Positions 12,087-21,737 of a stretch of DNA of 64,000 nt are shown here, piece after piece (positions within the stretch are counted from its first letter, which is position 1; each line of letters starts with the position of its first letter). A program made the position numbers and the translations under genes. The DNA is taken from NCBI GenBank assembly GCA_963796455.1, contig CAWCLO010000001.1, positions 544,001 through 608,000 on the forward strand, written 5' to 3'. Source of the DNA: Candidatus Sulfomarinibacteraceae bacterium. Its GTDB lineage: Bacteria > Acidobacteriota > Thermoanaerobaculia > Thermoanaerobaculales > Sulfomarinibacteraceae. Under the pieces are notes generated by a model. The model did not search any database. It was not told where the DNA came from and saw only the letters and a program-made list of their open reading frames with translations.

Positions 12087-13043
12087 ATGACTCCGGACAA
12101 AATTAGTCGAGCGCTGTGTGCGGCCATGCTTCTCGCGATTTCGGTGATGCCGGCCGTCGCTGCAGGCCAACTCGAGGAACCTTCGGACTCCCAGTCGCTC
12201 GCCGACGACGATGCTCGATTCGATGGCTATCTCTTTTGCGACGCGAACGGCAGCCCACTGCCCTTCCAGACCGATGCCGAAATCGAAGAACTGCTCGCCG
12301 AGTCCCTGATCGTCTCGGTGCAGAAGATCCCGGTTGGCGTGACGAGCCCGCAGAAATTGGAACTCGCTCATGGCACCCTCCGATTCAATGCGGCATTCAA
12401 AAAAATCGATCGGAAACAGCAGAACGTCACGATCAAGACCGGCGGGAAACCCCGCCACTATCTCGAATGGCACGATTGGTACGGCTACGATATCGCCGCC
12501 TACAGGCTGGACCGGCTCCTCGGTCTCAACCGCGTGCCTCCGGTGGTCGAACGCAAAATCAAGCGCGACAAGGGCTCTGTCTCGGCCTGGCTCGAGGGCT
12601 CGATCACCGAGAAGGAGCGCCAGAAACGCGGGATGGACCCTCCCGATATTGCCCGTTTCAACCAACAGAAACAGACCCTGCGTTTGTTCGACAACCTGGT
12701 GGCAAATCAAGACAGCAATCTCGGAAACACCCTCATCGACGGCAATTGGACAATCTGGTTCATCGATTGTTCACGGTGTTTTGGAACTTCGAGCGAGTTG
12801 ATCTATCCGCAGGCCGTCACCCATTGCGATCGTGAGGTGCTCCAGGCGCTTCGTGATCTCGACATTGATGAGGCGACCGCCGCCCTGTCCGGTTTTCTCA
12901 GCCGGTCCGAAATCAAAGCCCTCTTCGAGCGCCGCGACAAGATCCTGGCTCACATCGATGCCCTGATCGAAAAAAGCAGCGAGGAGATGGTGCTCTTCGA
13001 CAGCCGCCCACCCACCGACCGGGCCCCCTGGGTCGAAGATTGA
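12087..13043 (+). CDS. secreted kinase-like protein, paralog 2
   Basis: Signal peptide ending AVAA; the same motifs as the upstream gene (DIAAYRLDRLLGL, NQDSNLGN, IDCSRCF, RPPTDRAPWV). Confidence 0.65.
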   Translation: MTPDKISRALCAAMLLAISVMPAVAAGQLEEPSDSQSLADDDARFDGYLFCDANGSPLPFQTDAEIEELLAESLIVSVQKIPVGVTSPQKLELAHGTLRFNAAFKKIDRKQQNVTIKTGGKPRHYLEWHDWYGYDIAAYRLDRLLGLNRVPPVVERKIKRDKGSVSAWLEGSITEKERQKRGMDPPDIARFNQQKQTLRLFDNLVANQDSNLGNTLIDGNWTIWFIDCSRCFGTSSELIYPQAVTHCDREVLQALRDLDIDEATAALSGFLSRSEIKALFERRDKILAHIDALIEKSSEEMVLFDSRPPTDRAPWVED

Positions 13044-15244
13044 CGGCGAAAACCGAGGCTGAGCCGTCACAATCCTCTTCGAGAGCGAAGAAAATGACCC
13101 TGTCACGGAAGATCGTTATCGGATTGACGGCGGGAATCGGCTGCGGCGTGGTTTTTGGCGAGTTGTGCGGTCGGCTTGAAATCGTTGGGCAGGCATTCAT
13201 CGCCCTCATGCAGATGACCGTGCTGCCCTACATCGTGCTCGCCCTGATCGTGAACATCGGCAGTCTCACCATTGAAACGGCGCGCCAGATCGCCGGACGG
13301 GCGGCGGCGGTTCTCCTGGGAATCTGGACTGTGGCCATCGCGGTCATTTTATTGCTCATGCTCGGACTTCCCGAGTGGAAGACCGGGGGCTTTTTCAGCG
13401 ACAGCCTGACGGCGCCACGCGAGCATGTCGACTTTGTCAGCCTCTACATTCCTTCGAATCCGTTTTATTCGCTGGCTCAGAACATCGTTCCAGGCGTCGT
13501 CCTATTCTCCATTTGCATCGGGGTCGCGCTGATCGGCCTCGAAAAAAAGGAGACGCTGATCCGTCCAGCCCGGGTTCTGCTCGATGCGATGACAAAGGTC
13601 ACCCACGCTGTCGCTCGACTCACGCCCTACGGTGTTTTCGCGATCGCGGCCAACGCCGCCGGTACCATCACATTGTCCGAGATCGACCGGCTCCAGGGCT
13701 ATATGATCATCTACGGAACAGCGACCATATTGCTCTCCTTCGTGGTCTTGCCTCTGGCTGTCGCGGTCGTGACACCCTTTTCGTACCGCGAGGTCTTGTC
13801 GGCCTCGCGCGGCCCCCTGCTCACAGCCTTCGCCGCCAACAACTACTTCATTGTCCTACCAATGCTGATCGAAAACCTCAAAGAACTCTTTCGCCGGCAC
13901 GATATCGGTGGCGACGACACCGATCGAACAATCGATATCGCACTGCCGATTGGATTTCCATTCCCGAACACCGGTCGCTTGCTGGCACTCATCTTCATTC
14001 CATTTGCAGCCTGGTACGTCGGCAGACCACTTCTCGCACTCGATTATCCAAAACTGGTCGTCGCCGGATTACCTAGCCTTTTCGCCAAGGTGACGATCGC
14101 CGTTCCATATCTTCTCGATCTGATGCGCCTACCCGCCGATCTCTTCCATCTGTTTCTCCTGACCGGCATTCTCAACGGCCATCTTTCATCGCTTGCCGGG
14201 GCAATGCATCTTTTCGCCTACACCGCCATCACCACCGCCGCCGTCACCGGCCATCTCAAATTCGCTCGCAAAAAAGCTATGGCCACCACGATCGTGACCA
14301 CCGCTCTCATCGCCATCTGCATTGCCGGGACCCACACCTACCTGAAGTGGACCCTCGATCAGTCGCAAGAAACAGGTCAAATCGTCCGCAAAATGGGCAT
14401 GATCTCGGCTCCCGCCCAGGTGACCATGCTCGACCGTGGGGAACCGAATCCCGAGGCGTTGAGTCCAGGACAGAGCCGCCTCGACAGAGTGCAGCAACGA
14501 GGAACGCTGCGCGTCTGCTATCTGAGGGACAACCTGCCCTTCTCCTATCTCAATCAAAACGGCGAACTGGTCGGCCTCGACATCGAAATGGCTCACCAGT
14601 TGGCCAACGATCTTGGAGCGAGTCTTGAACTCGTGCCGATATCCAGCCCGGAGAACACGCAGCAACATCTCGATGAAGACCATTGCGAAATAGCGATGTC
14701 GGGCTTTGCTGCGAGCGCCTCACACCTGTTGTCGATGACCCTGTCCACCGGCTATCTGGATCTCACACCGGGTCTCGTGGTGCCGGACCATCTGCGGAAC
14801 AGCCTCGACACCCTGAACGAGTTGTTGACGACACCGGATCTTCGGATCGGCGTCGTCAACGACCCCGACATCATCCGGATCGTGAACCACCGGTTGCCGG
14901 GTGCCCAAGCGATCCCCGTGCCTCGGGTGACGGATTTCTTCGGGGCTGATCCCGGCATCGCCGATGTGCTGGTGATCAGTGCCGAGGCCGGCTCGGCCTG
15001 GACCCTCGTCCATCCCGAATACCACGTCGTGGTCCCGTTCAGGGGAAACGTGAAGTGGCCGCTGACTTATCCGGTGGCCTCCGGCGATCCCGATCTTCTG
15101 CGTTTTGTGGATCTGTGGATCGCCATCAAGAAATCCGAAGGATTCATCTCCGATCTTCGTGATCACTGGATTCTCGGCAAGAACGCCGTACCGCGAACAC
15201 CGCGCTGGTCGGTCGCTCGAAACGTCCTGCACTGGATCGACTGA
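13040..15244 (+). CDS. dicarboxylate/amino acid:cation symporter fused to a C-terminal solute-binding domain
   Basis: N-terminal DAACS-type TM region (GQAFIALMQMTVLPY, YIPSNPF, TPYGVFAI). C-terminal RGTLRVCY..NLPFSY..GELVGLDIEMA is an SBP family-3 motif. Alternative start 13094. Confidence 0.88.
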   Translation: MTAKTEAEPSQSSSRAKKMTLSRKIVIGLTAGIGCGVVFGELCGRLEIVGQAFIALMQMTVLPYIVLALIVNIGSLTIETARQIAGRAAAVLLGIWTVAIAVILLLMLGLPEWKTGGFFSDSLTAPREHVDFVSLYIPSNPFYSLAQNIVPGVVLFSICIGVALIGLEKKETLIRPARVLLDAMTKVTHAVARLTPYGVFAIAANAAGTITLSEIDRLQGYMIIYGTATILLSFVVLPLAVAVVTPFSYREVLSASRGPLLTAFAANNYFIVLPMLIENLKELFRRHDIGGDDTDRTIDIALPIGFPFPNTGRLLALIFIPFAAWYVGRPLLALDYPKLVVAGLPSLFAKVTIAVPYLLDLMRLPADLFHLFLLTGILNGHLSSLAGAMHLFAYTAITTAAVTGHLKFARKKAMATTIVTTALIAICIAGTHTYLKWTLDQSQETGQIVRKMGMISAPAQVTMLDRGEPNPEALSPGQSRLDRVQQRGTLRVCYLRDNLPFSYLNQNGELVGLDIEMAHQLANDLGASLELVPISSPENTQQHLDEDHCEIAMSGFAASASHLLSMTLSTGYLDLTPGLVVPDHLRNSLDTLNELLTTPDLRIGVVNDPDIIRIVNHRLPGAQAIPVPRVTDFFGADPGIADVLVISAEAGSAWTLVHPEYHVVVPFRGNVKWPLTYPVASGDPDLLRFVDLWIAIKKSEGFISDLRDHWILGKNAVPRTPRWSVARNVLHWID

Positions 15245-15288
15245 CATCGACCGCTCTCTGCGGAGTACAATTCGAACGAGGAGTTCTT

Positions 15289-16827
15289 ATGCTGCCGGTG
15301 CTCGACAACGACGCGATGCGTGAAGCGGATCGACATACGATCGAAGACCTCGGGATGCCCGGTCTGGTCCTGATGGAAAACGCCGCAACCGGCGTCGTCG
15401 ATGCGCTTCGCGAAAGATTTCCCGATGTGCGGGAGATTCTGATCCTGTGCGGCGGTGGAAACAACGGTGGCGATGGACTCGCAGCCGCCCGCCATCTCGC
15501 GAACGGCGGCCACCGGGTCGAGGTATTGCTGTTTTCGGCACTCGAGAAGTTGAGCCCTGACGCCGCAAAAAACCTCGAGCTGGCGACAACCTATGGAGTC
15601 CCTCTCCAGGTCGTTGAAGGAGAGGATCTTGCGGCCCTGGATGGGGCGCTTGATCACAATCCGGACCTGATCGTCGACGCGCTCCTCGGCACCGGGATCG
15701 ATCGCCCCCTCGGTGGACGGTTTGCATCGATAGCGGAGAAGATCGCCAGTTCATCAACGCCTGTCGTTGCAGTCGATGTCCCCACCGGACTCAGCGGTTC
15801 GTCTCCCGGATTGCCCGGACCTGTCCTCCCCGCCGACCTCACAGTTACTTTCGCTGCACTCAAGATCTGTCATGTCCTGCCCCCAGCCTGCCTGCAATGT
15901 GGTGAAGTCGTGGTTGTCGACATCGGTATTCCGGCGTCAGCTTTGGAGACGAATTGCGCGATGCGGTGGCCTGAAAACACCGATATCTCGCTCATGCTGC
16001 CGAATCGTGCACTCGACGTTCACAAGGGGACCTTTGGCCACCTGCTGCTCATCGCCGGAGCACGAGGGCGGGCGGGAGCGGTCGCGATGGCGGGAAATGC
16101 AGCCGTCGCAGCCGGATCAGGTCTGGTCACCCTTGCCGTGCCCGCCCCGGCGGTGGAAGTGGTGGACGGTGCGTGTCTTGAGGCCATGACCCATGCTGCA
16201 GCGGCCTCCGAAGACGGAGAGTTCGCCGGGCCGGCAGGGCTCGACAGCCTGCTCGACCGCATGACAGCAGTCGCCGTCGGCCCGGGCATGGGCACCGGCA
16301 AGGGAGCTGCGAAGACTCTCGAGTGGGTTCTCGACACATGGAGTGGGCCATTGTTGCTCGACGCGGATGCCATCAATCTCCTCGCCGCCGACCCCGAGCG
16401 TCTGGCCGGCCGCGAGCAACCGCCGGTTCTGACCCCCCACCCGGGAGAGCTCGCCCGATTGCTGGGCCGCGAGACTGCCGAAGTTTCCTCCGACCGCGTG
16501 GCGGCGGCGCGTGAGGCCGCTGCCAGAAGCTCCTCGGTGGTGATCGCCAAGGGTTATCGTAGCGTTATCGCTGATCCCGAGGGCTCGGTGTGGATCAACC
16601 CGACCGGCGACTCGGGGCTGGCGACGGGCGGATCCGGTGACGTCCTCACCGGGACCATCGCCGCACTCCTCGCCCAGAGCCTCGACCCGGTCCGGGCGGC
16701 ACTGGTGGGAACCTGGCTCCATGGTCGAGCCGGAGAGCTCGGTGGTGAGCGGTGGCCTGCGGCGGTACCGGCGGCCTCCCTGCCCGAACTGGTCGCGCAG
16801 GCGTGGCTCGAACTCGAATCACAGTGA
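15289..16827 (+). CDS. nnr: bifunctional NAD(P)H-hydrate epimerase/dehydratase
   Basis: LMENAA, CGGGNNGGDG, DALLGTG, HKGTFGH, LTPHPGEL, LATGGSGDVLTG. Confidence 0.95.
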   Translation: MLPVLDNDAMREADRHTIEDLGMPGLVLMENAATGVVDALRERFPDVREILILCGGGNNGGDGLAAARHLANGGHRVEVLLFSALEKLSPDAAKNLELATTYGVPLQVVEGEDLAALDGALDHNPDLIVDALLGTGIDRPLGGRFASIAEKIASSSTPVVAVDVPTGLSGSSPGLPGPVLPADLTVTFAALKICHVLPPACLQCGEVVVVDIGIPASALETNCAMRWPENTDISLMLPNRALDVHKGTFGHLLLIAGARGRAGAVAMAGNAAVAAGSGLVTLAVPAPAVEVVDGACLEAMTHAAAASEDGEFAGPAGLDSLLDRMTAVAVGPGMGTGKGAAKTLEWVLDTWSGPLLLDADAINLLAADPERLAGREQPPVLTPHPGELARLLGRETAEVSSDRVAAAREAAARSSSVVIAKGYRSVIADPEGSVWINPTGDSGLATGGSGDVLTGTIAALLAQSLDPVRAALVGTWLHGRAGELGGERWPAAVPAASLPELVAQAWLELESQ

Positions 16828-17285
16828 CCGGATCAAGGCGCCACCCTAGCCCGTCCTCGAAGACGACCGAAGACTTCGGCCGAAGGCTCGCTCCCGATTT
16901 GTCGGCGGGCGATGTGGTTCTGCTGGAAGGAGATCTGGCCGCCGGGAAGACGGTGTTTGTCCGCGGGATCGTCGCCGGTCTCGGAGGCGACCCGGAATTC
17001 GTGTCGTCTCCGACCTTTGTATTGCTGCAGACCTACGACTGTGACGTCCGCGGGATCGTCCGTTTCCACCACGTCGATCTCTACCGCCTCGCGGATCGTC
17101 TCGCGGACCTGCGAGAGATAGGCATCGAAGACGTGCTCTCAGACCCCCTTGCCGTGGTCGCGGTCGAATGGCCGAAAGACACTCTCGCGACCTGGTTAGC
17201 GGCCGATTCGCGGGTCTGGCGGGTTTCGATATCCACGCAAGACGACGAATCCCGTTTGATCGAGATCATTTCACCCGGCGACTGA
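16824..17285 (+). CDS. tsaE: tRNA threonylcarbamoyladenosine biosynthesis ATPase
   Basis: GDLAAGKT, VSSPTF, HVDLYRL, VEWP. GTG start overlaps the nnr stop. Confidence 0.93.
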   Translation: MTGSRRHPSPSSKTTEDFGRRLAPDLSAGDVVLLEGDLAAGKTVFVRGIVAGLGGDPEFVSSPTFVLLQTYDCDVRGIVRFHHVDLYRLADRLADLREIGIEDVLSDPLAVVAVEWPKDTLATWLAADSRVWRVSISTQDDESRLIEIISPGD

Positions 17286-17406
17286 AACCGAAATCTGTTT
17301 CGACGGAAAGATGCCCGGGTAGCTCCCTGCATCTTGCGTCTCCAGTGACCAGCGCCAGCGACAGGGAACAGCGGTCAGCGATCAACGGCCGGGGCAGCGA
17401 CTGCAA

Positions 17407-17760
17407 TCACATCTTCGGGTTCAACAGCCGCCAGGTCATCGCACGAACCTGATCGAAGGCGTTCATCCCGTCACGGGCGGCTGTCGCCCTGATCGCCCCG
17501 GCGTGCACGAGGAGCTTCAAGTGGCTGTCGACTTCTTTGGCCGATGCGTAGGCGATTCTCCAGTGATTCGATCGGTCTCTTCCGAACCGGCCGTGCCCTT
17601 CTGCCAGGTTCGCAGGGACTGAACTTGCCGAACGGATTACCTGATCGGCTATGGACTTCAGCGGCGATGGAACCCTCATTACAAGCTTGATCGCGATTCC
17701 TGCTGCTTCGAGGGCTTTCGAGTGGGCGACGAGGTTGGTGTTCGTGGCGGCTGAGGACAT
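17407..17760 (-). CDS. four helix bundle protein (23S rRNA IVP/bAvd-like), copy 1, 117 aa
   Basis: DQVIRSASSVPANLAEGHGR and IAYASAKEV signature; ATG at 17760 preceded by GGAGGTGA. Confidence 0.9.
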   Translation of the reverse strand: MSSAATNTNLVAHSKALEAAGIAIKLVMRVPSPLKSIADQVIRSASSVPANLAEGHGRFGRDRSNHWRIAYASAKEVDSHLKLLVHAGAIRATAARDGMNAFDQVRAMTWRLLNPKM

Positions 17761-17896
17761 GGTCACCTCCGGGTCGTTCATGCCCATTCCCACAAGCCGG
17801 TGTGGTGGCCGATGTCAAGGATGCCCTGCACCCTGCCTGTCCTCGACATCGGCCGCCCACCGGCTACCCCTTCTTTTGAACGACCCGGAGGCGGCC
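17761..17896 (-). promoter_or_regulatory. conserved two-tier leader hairpin covering the RBS, copy 1
   Basis: 17761-17780 pairs with 17877-17896, and 17795-17821 pairs with 17840-17865. Confidence 0.75.
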
Positions 17897-18151
17897 ACAT
17901 CGTCGCCTGTACTCCTGATCGCTGCCGCAGTCCTCTGTCGCTGTTCCCTGACGCTGTTGCCTGTCGCTGACGCTGGACACTGACGCTGGACACTGCCGCT
18001 GCCGCTGCATTTCGGCCACAGACGCGGACACGGGCACGGGCAACCGCGAACCGAATATTCTAAAAACCAACCCGTAAAGCACGTATTGTCAGGTGGGTAA
18101 CTTCACGACAATCTGTTTTGGACAACAGATATCCTGCATCCTGGATCCTGC

Positions 18152-18892
18152 CTACCCCGCCATGACTCCGCCATCCACCGGAATCACCGTGCCCGTCATC
18201 CACGACGAGTTGCTCGACAGCAGGAAACTGATCATCAATGCCACATCTGACGGCCGGCCGACCCGGCCCATCGGGTGGAACGCACTCATCTCGGCAACCT
18301 GCTCCGGGGTCATGCCGCGCCCCGCGTGAATGGGGGTGTCGATCACCGCCGGCATCACCGCATTGACCCGGATCTCGGGCGCCCATTCGAGGGCCAGGGA
18401 ACGGGTCAGCTGGTTGAGTGCGGCCTTCGAGGCGTTGTAGGCGGCCATCCCGGGTATCGCCTTTTCGGCAAGGGTCGAGGACACATTGACCACCGCCGGT
18501 GAAGAGCCCTTTCCGAGGAGGCCTGCAAGCTCACGACAAAGCAGGAAGGGGCCTCGAACATTGATAGCAAAGGTCTCGTCCCAGAGTTCGTCGGTGCTCT
18601 CCAGGAGGGAGGCCATTGGGGCGACGCCGGCGTTGTTGACCAGACCATCAACTGCTCCCCAATGGGACCCGGCCTTTTCGGCGACCGCACGAACGGCCCC
18701 TGCATCCGACACATCGCACGACCATCCGACCGCCTTTTCGCCAAGTTCGGCAACGGCGGTCTGCAGGGATTCTGCCCTTCGACCGAGGAGTGCAACCTCG
18801 GCCCCCTCCGAAACCAGAATTCTCGCCGTTTCCAGGCCGATCCCGGATCCGCCACCCGAAATAACGATCCGTTTGTCGCGTAGTCCAAACAT
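18152..18892 (-). CDS. SDR family oxidoreductase
   Basis: SGGGSGIG, NNAG, YNASK, VDGG. Confidence 0.95.
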   Translation of the reverse strand: MFGLRDKRIVISGGGSGIGLETARILVSEGAEVALLGRRAESLQTAVAELGEKAVGWSCDVSDAGAVRAVAEKAGSHWGAVDGLVNNAGVAPMASLLESTDELWDETFAINVRGPFLLCRELAGLLGKGSSPAVVNVSSTLAEKAIPGMAAYNASKAALNQLTRSLALEWAPEIRVNAVMPAVIDTPIHAGRGMTPEQVAEMSAFHPMGRVGRPSDVALMISFLLSSNSSWMTGTVIPVDGGVMAG

Positions 18893-18958
18893 GTGCTTCT
18901 CCCCATCCGGTTATTTGTCACAGGCCAGTCTCGACGGCGCGGCTATTATGGACATACG

Positions 18959-19225
18959 ATGAACGACCATCCTTCACCCCATGTTGAGCACCGCCGCCTC
19001 GTACAACAGATCGTCGACGGGGGCATTCCAACCGGCAAGGACTTCGATGCCTGTCGCGAAATACTCCGAACCGACAGCGACGATGATGCCGTTTTCCAGG
19101 CGCTCTTCACGCTCCTTCAGGGCGCCCTGGCAGACCCGTTCTTCGGTATCGAAGACACCCGAAGGGTGGTGCCAGTGCTGAAGGCCCTTGCCCGCGGCGA
19201 AGTGACTCCCGGGAAGCTCATGTGA
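18959..19225 (+). CDS. small hypothetical protein
   Basis: 88-aa ORF whose stop overlaps the next start (GTGA). Confidence 0.55.
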   Translation: MNDHPSPHVEHRRLVQQIVDGGIPTGKDFDACREILRTDSDDDAVFQALFTLLQGALADPFFGIEDTRRVVPVLKALARGEVTPGKLM

Positions 19226-21252
19226 CAACCGCCTGGTCACTTTTCTCGCTCGCGGTACCGCCGGTCGCCGCGGTCCTGTCGGCCGTCTTTCTCCGGCCGA
19301 AGAAACCCGGGCCGGAGATCGTCATTGCCCTGAACACTCTGGTCCCCGGTTCCGGGCTCGCGGCCGGCGGCCGGCCAACCGTCGAGGTCGTCCTCGGCGT
19401 TCTCTTTGCAGTGGTCAGTCTGGTTTTGGCCGGCGGCGTCAACAACGCCGGAATGTTAGTCCCCAGCATGCTGGTCGGAGGCTTGTGGGCCTCGTTCCAT
19501 ACCCCGCTCAACCCATTCAAAATGCTTGCCGAAGCCGATCGGAGAAAGACCGAAGCTCGCTGGCAAAAAAACCGATCCGGCGAACAACCGGTGGTTGCGA
19601 CTGCAAAGGCGAAGCTCGCAATCGATACCAGCGGCAGCGACGAAGACGAAACGGTCGTCGAGAACCACTACTGCGTCGAGGTCCGGTGTACCGAATGCGG
19701 TGCCGCCCTGCCGGTTCCCGTCCTCCACCACATGGCCCACTGTTCGTTTTGCAGCAGCGACCACTTGGTCGTCGGTCACGAAGAAACTCTCTTCGTCACC
19801 CTGCCCGAACGAATCTATGATGCAAACGTTCTCCGTGAAGCGGTCCTCGACCACTATCGATACCAGCACTATCTCAAGCTCTACCACCGGACCGTTGCGC
19901 CGCTGGCGCGCCAGACGACAGACGCCAGTCCCACCGGGGCTCTGATTGATCGTGGTGAATTCGACGTCGCAGCGGCGGCGGCCGAGGTTGCGGTTTCGCG
20001 CAAGGCGGATGCTTACCGGACAAAACTGGCGGAGAGCCTCCTGGTTGGCAAGACATTCCACTTCCTGACGCCATACCGCCACGGCATGGGCACGCTCTAT
20101 CAGGCCTCGTTTGGGCGATCAACCAGAGACCACGAGAAGCTCCTGCGTTTCGATGTGGGGACAATCGAGGCGGCCGTCGGAGCCTCGAACCAGGTGGACC
20201 TCCCTCCGATGGGCAAGCTCTCCTACCTCCGGGCACTCCATCCCGCGGTCAATTGCGCCGAGGGTCTTCAAACCCTACCGATCGAGGGAGACGACGAGGA
20301 TCTCCATCGCGCCTTCGGAGATCTCGACCGAAAACGACTGGTGCGGGACATCCAGATCATCCGTCTCGGATCCAGATTTACCCGCGAGGTCACAGCAATC
20401 GTGTGGCGACCGTGGTGGATCGCCGAAGTCCGCGGCCCCGAAATCGACGAGACGGTGCTTCTCGACAGCGCGTCAGGCTCGGTGGTCGGCCCAGCGCCCA
20501 TATTCGATCCGGAGATCCTCGTTGATCTTCCCCAAACCGCACGGGACCCGGGCACCGGTCTTCGCTTCGTGCCGATGGAGTGCCCGACCTGCGGCCACGA
20601 ATTTCAATTCGACCCGGATGCAGTGCTTCATTTCTGTCACAACTGTCACCGCGTGTGCGGGGTGAACAATGGCCGCAAAGAGCACGTCGAATACGGTCAC
20701 ATTCCGCTTCCGGACGAGTCCGGATGGGATTTGATCCCGTTTTGGAGGTTTCCGCTCCGGCTTCGCACCGGTGGCGGCGAATTCATCACCGACCTGATGC
20801 GGCTCAAGGACGGTATCGACGGCGTCTTTGACCAGATCGGCGACGACGCCCCTGATCGACAGCACCTTTTCTACGTGCCCGCCATTCGCTGCATCAATCC
20901 ACGCCTGATGGCCAACGCCTTCAACCGGCTTTTTCTCTACGCCATCCGCAACCGCCCGCCAAAGGTCATGAAGAGGTTCGAGCTCGACGATCACCCGCAG
21001 CCCTGGACGGTCAGCCTGGCCGAGAACGAGGCCCGAAATCTCGCCCCGCTCTACCTCGCAAACGTATTCAGTCGCAGGGACATCGCCAAGGTCAACATCC
21101 ACCAGGTCGCGTCTTGGCTCTTCGAAGCCTCGCAGGAAGCGGAAGGACACCTGATGTACGTCCCGGTGCCTCAGCCGGTGACCGAGCCCTTTCGGCGCCA
21201 CGTCGGGCGTTTCCGCGATGACGCAGTCCACCATGTCACGGGAAAGGCTTGA
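19222..21252 (+). CDS. membrane-anchored protein with two zinc-ribbon modules
   Basis: N-terminal hydrophobic helices; CTEC..CSFC and CPTC..CHNC. Confidence 0.75.
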   Translation: MTTAWSLFSLAVPPVAAVLSAVFLRPKKPGPEIVIALNTLVPGSGLAAGGRPTVEVVLGVLFAVVSLVLAGGVNNAGMLVPSMLVGGLWASFHTPLNPFKMLAEADRRKTEARWQKNRSGEQPVVATAKAKLAIDTSGSDEDETVVENHYCVEVRCTECGAALPVPVLHHMAHCSFCSSDHLVVGHEETLFVTLPERIYDANVLREAVLDHYRYQHYLKLYHRTVAPLARQTTDASPTGALIDRGEFDVAAAAAEVAVSRKADAYRTKLAESLLVGKTFHFLTPYRHGMGTLYQASFGRSTRDHEKLLRFDVGTIEAAVGASNQVDLPPMGKLSYLRALHPAVNCAEGLQTLPIEGDDEDLHRAFGDLDRKRLVRDIQIIRLGSRFTREVTAIVWRPWWIAEVRGPEIDETVLLDSASGSVVGPAPIFDPEILVDLPQTARDPGTGLRFVPMECPTCGHEFQFDPDAVLHFCHNCHRVCGVNNGRKEHVEYGHIPLPDESGWDLIPFWRFPLRLRTGGGEFITDLMRLKDGIDGVFDQIGDDAPDRQHLFYVPAIRCINPRLMANAFNRLFLYAIRNRPPKVMKRFELDDHPQPWTVSLAENEARNLAPLYLANVFSRRDIAKVNIHQVASWLFEASQEAEGHLMYVPVPQPVTEPFRRHVGRFRDDAVHHVTGKA

Positions 21253-21273
21253 GTTTCGAGTTCCGGCCACTCA

Positions 21274-21563
21274 CATCTCACAACCGCAGATCACGCAGAT
21301 GGACGCAGATTGTCGGCCCGTCAATTGAATAGCATCGGTGTATCCGAAACCGCATTCTTGCTTGGAAGGGGTTGAAAACGCAAAGACGCAAAGACGCAAA
21401 GACGACGCTAATTTTTGAGTTCGGTTCGATCGAAATGTCTGCGTTCTGCGCGTCTTCGCAGTTCCAAAACCGACAATTCTCGTTCGAGAATCGATCGGCG
21501 CTCCGTCGTTCAGGGCCCGGTTCCGCTAATCTGCGGCCATCTGCGTGATCTGCGGTTTCTCCG
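21274..21563 (+). repeat. ~290-bp MITE-like unit, copy A
   Basis: 30-bp terminal inverted repeats at 21282-21311 and 21528-21557 (one mismatch) built of CGCAGAT units; internal (ACGCAAAG)x3. Confidence 0.8.
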
Positions 21564-21737
21564 TTTCGTATACCCCGGGCAGTCTGCCGACAAGGTCACA
21601 GGCTTCAGGAAACAGGTCTGAGGCCTCGAGCCCGTGAGAGACGGGTACAAGCCCCAGGTCCCAAGCGCCAAGCCTTTCCCGCTTGAGAGGGGCTCCAGGC
21701 TCGGCTATCCTTACGGTCGACAAACAACGGAGGACAC

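Larger units (their letters stand above)
17340..18105 (-). mobile_element. repeated four-helix-bundle cassette, copy 1 (boundaries approximate)
   Basis: Homologous over ORF, leader hairpin and flanks to copies at ~47.1-47.9 kb and ~58.9-59.6 kb. Mobility is inferred from dispersal only. Confidence 0.6.

Noticed and set aside
17761..17793. Longer N-termini of the four-helix-bundle ORFs in the ORF track (also 47619 and 59418)
   Set aside because: The extensions differ between copies and lie within the hairpin. The shared ATG has a strong SD and gives identical lengths.
17471..17983. Alternative-frame ORFs repeated in the cassettes
   Set aside because: Lengths and frames are not conserved across the three copies; explained by DNA-level similarity.
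17340..18105. 23S rRNA intervening sequence
   Set aside because: No rRNA sequence flanks any copy.
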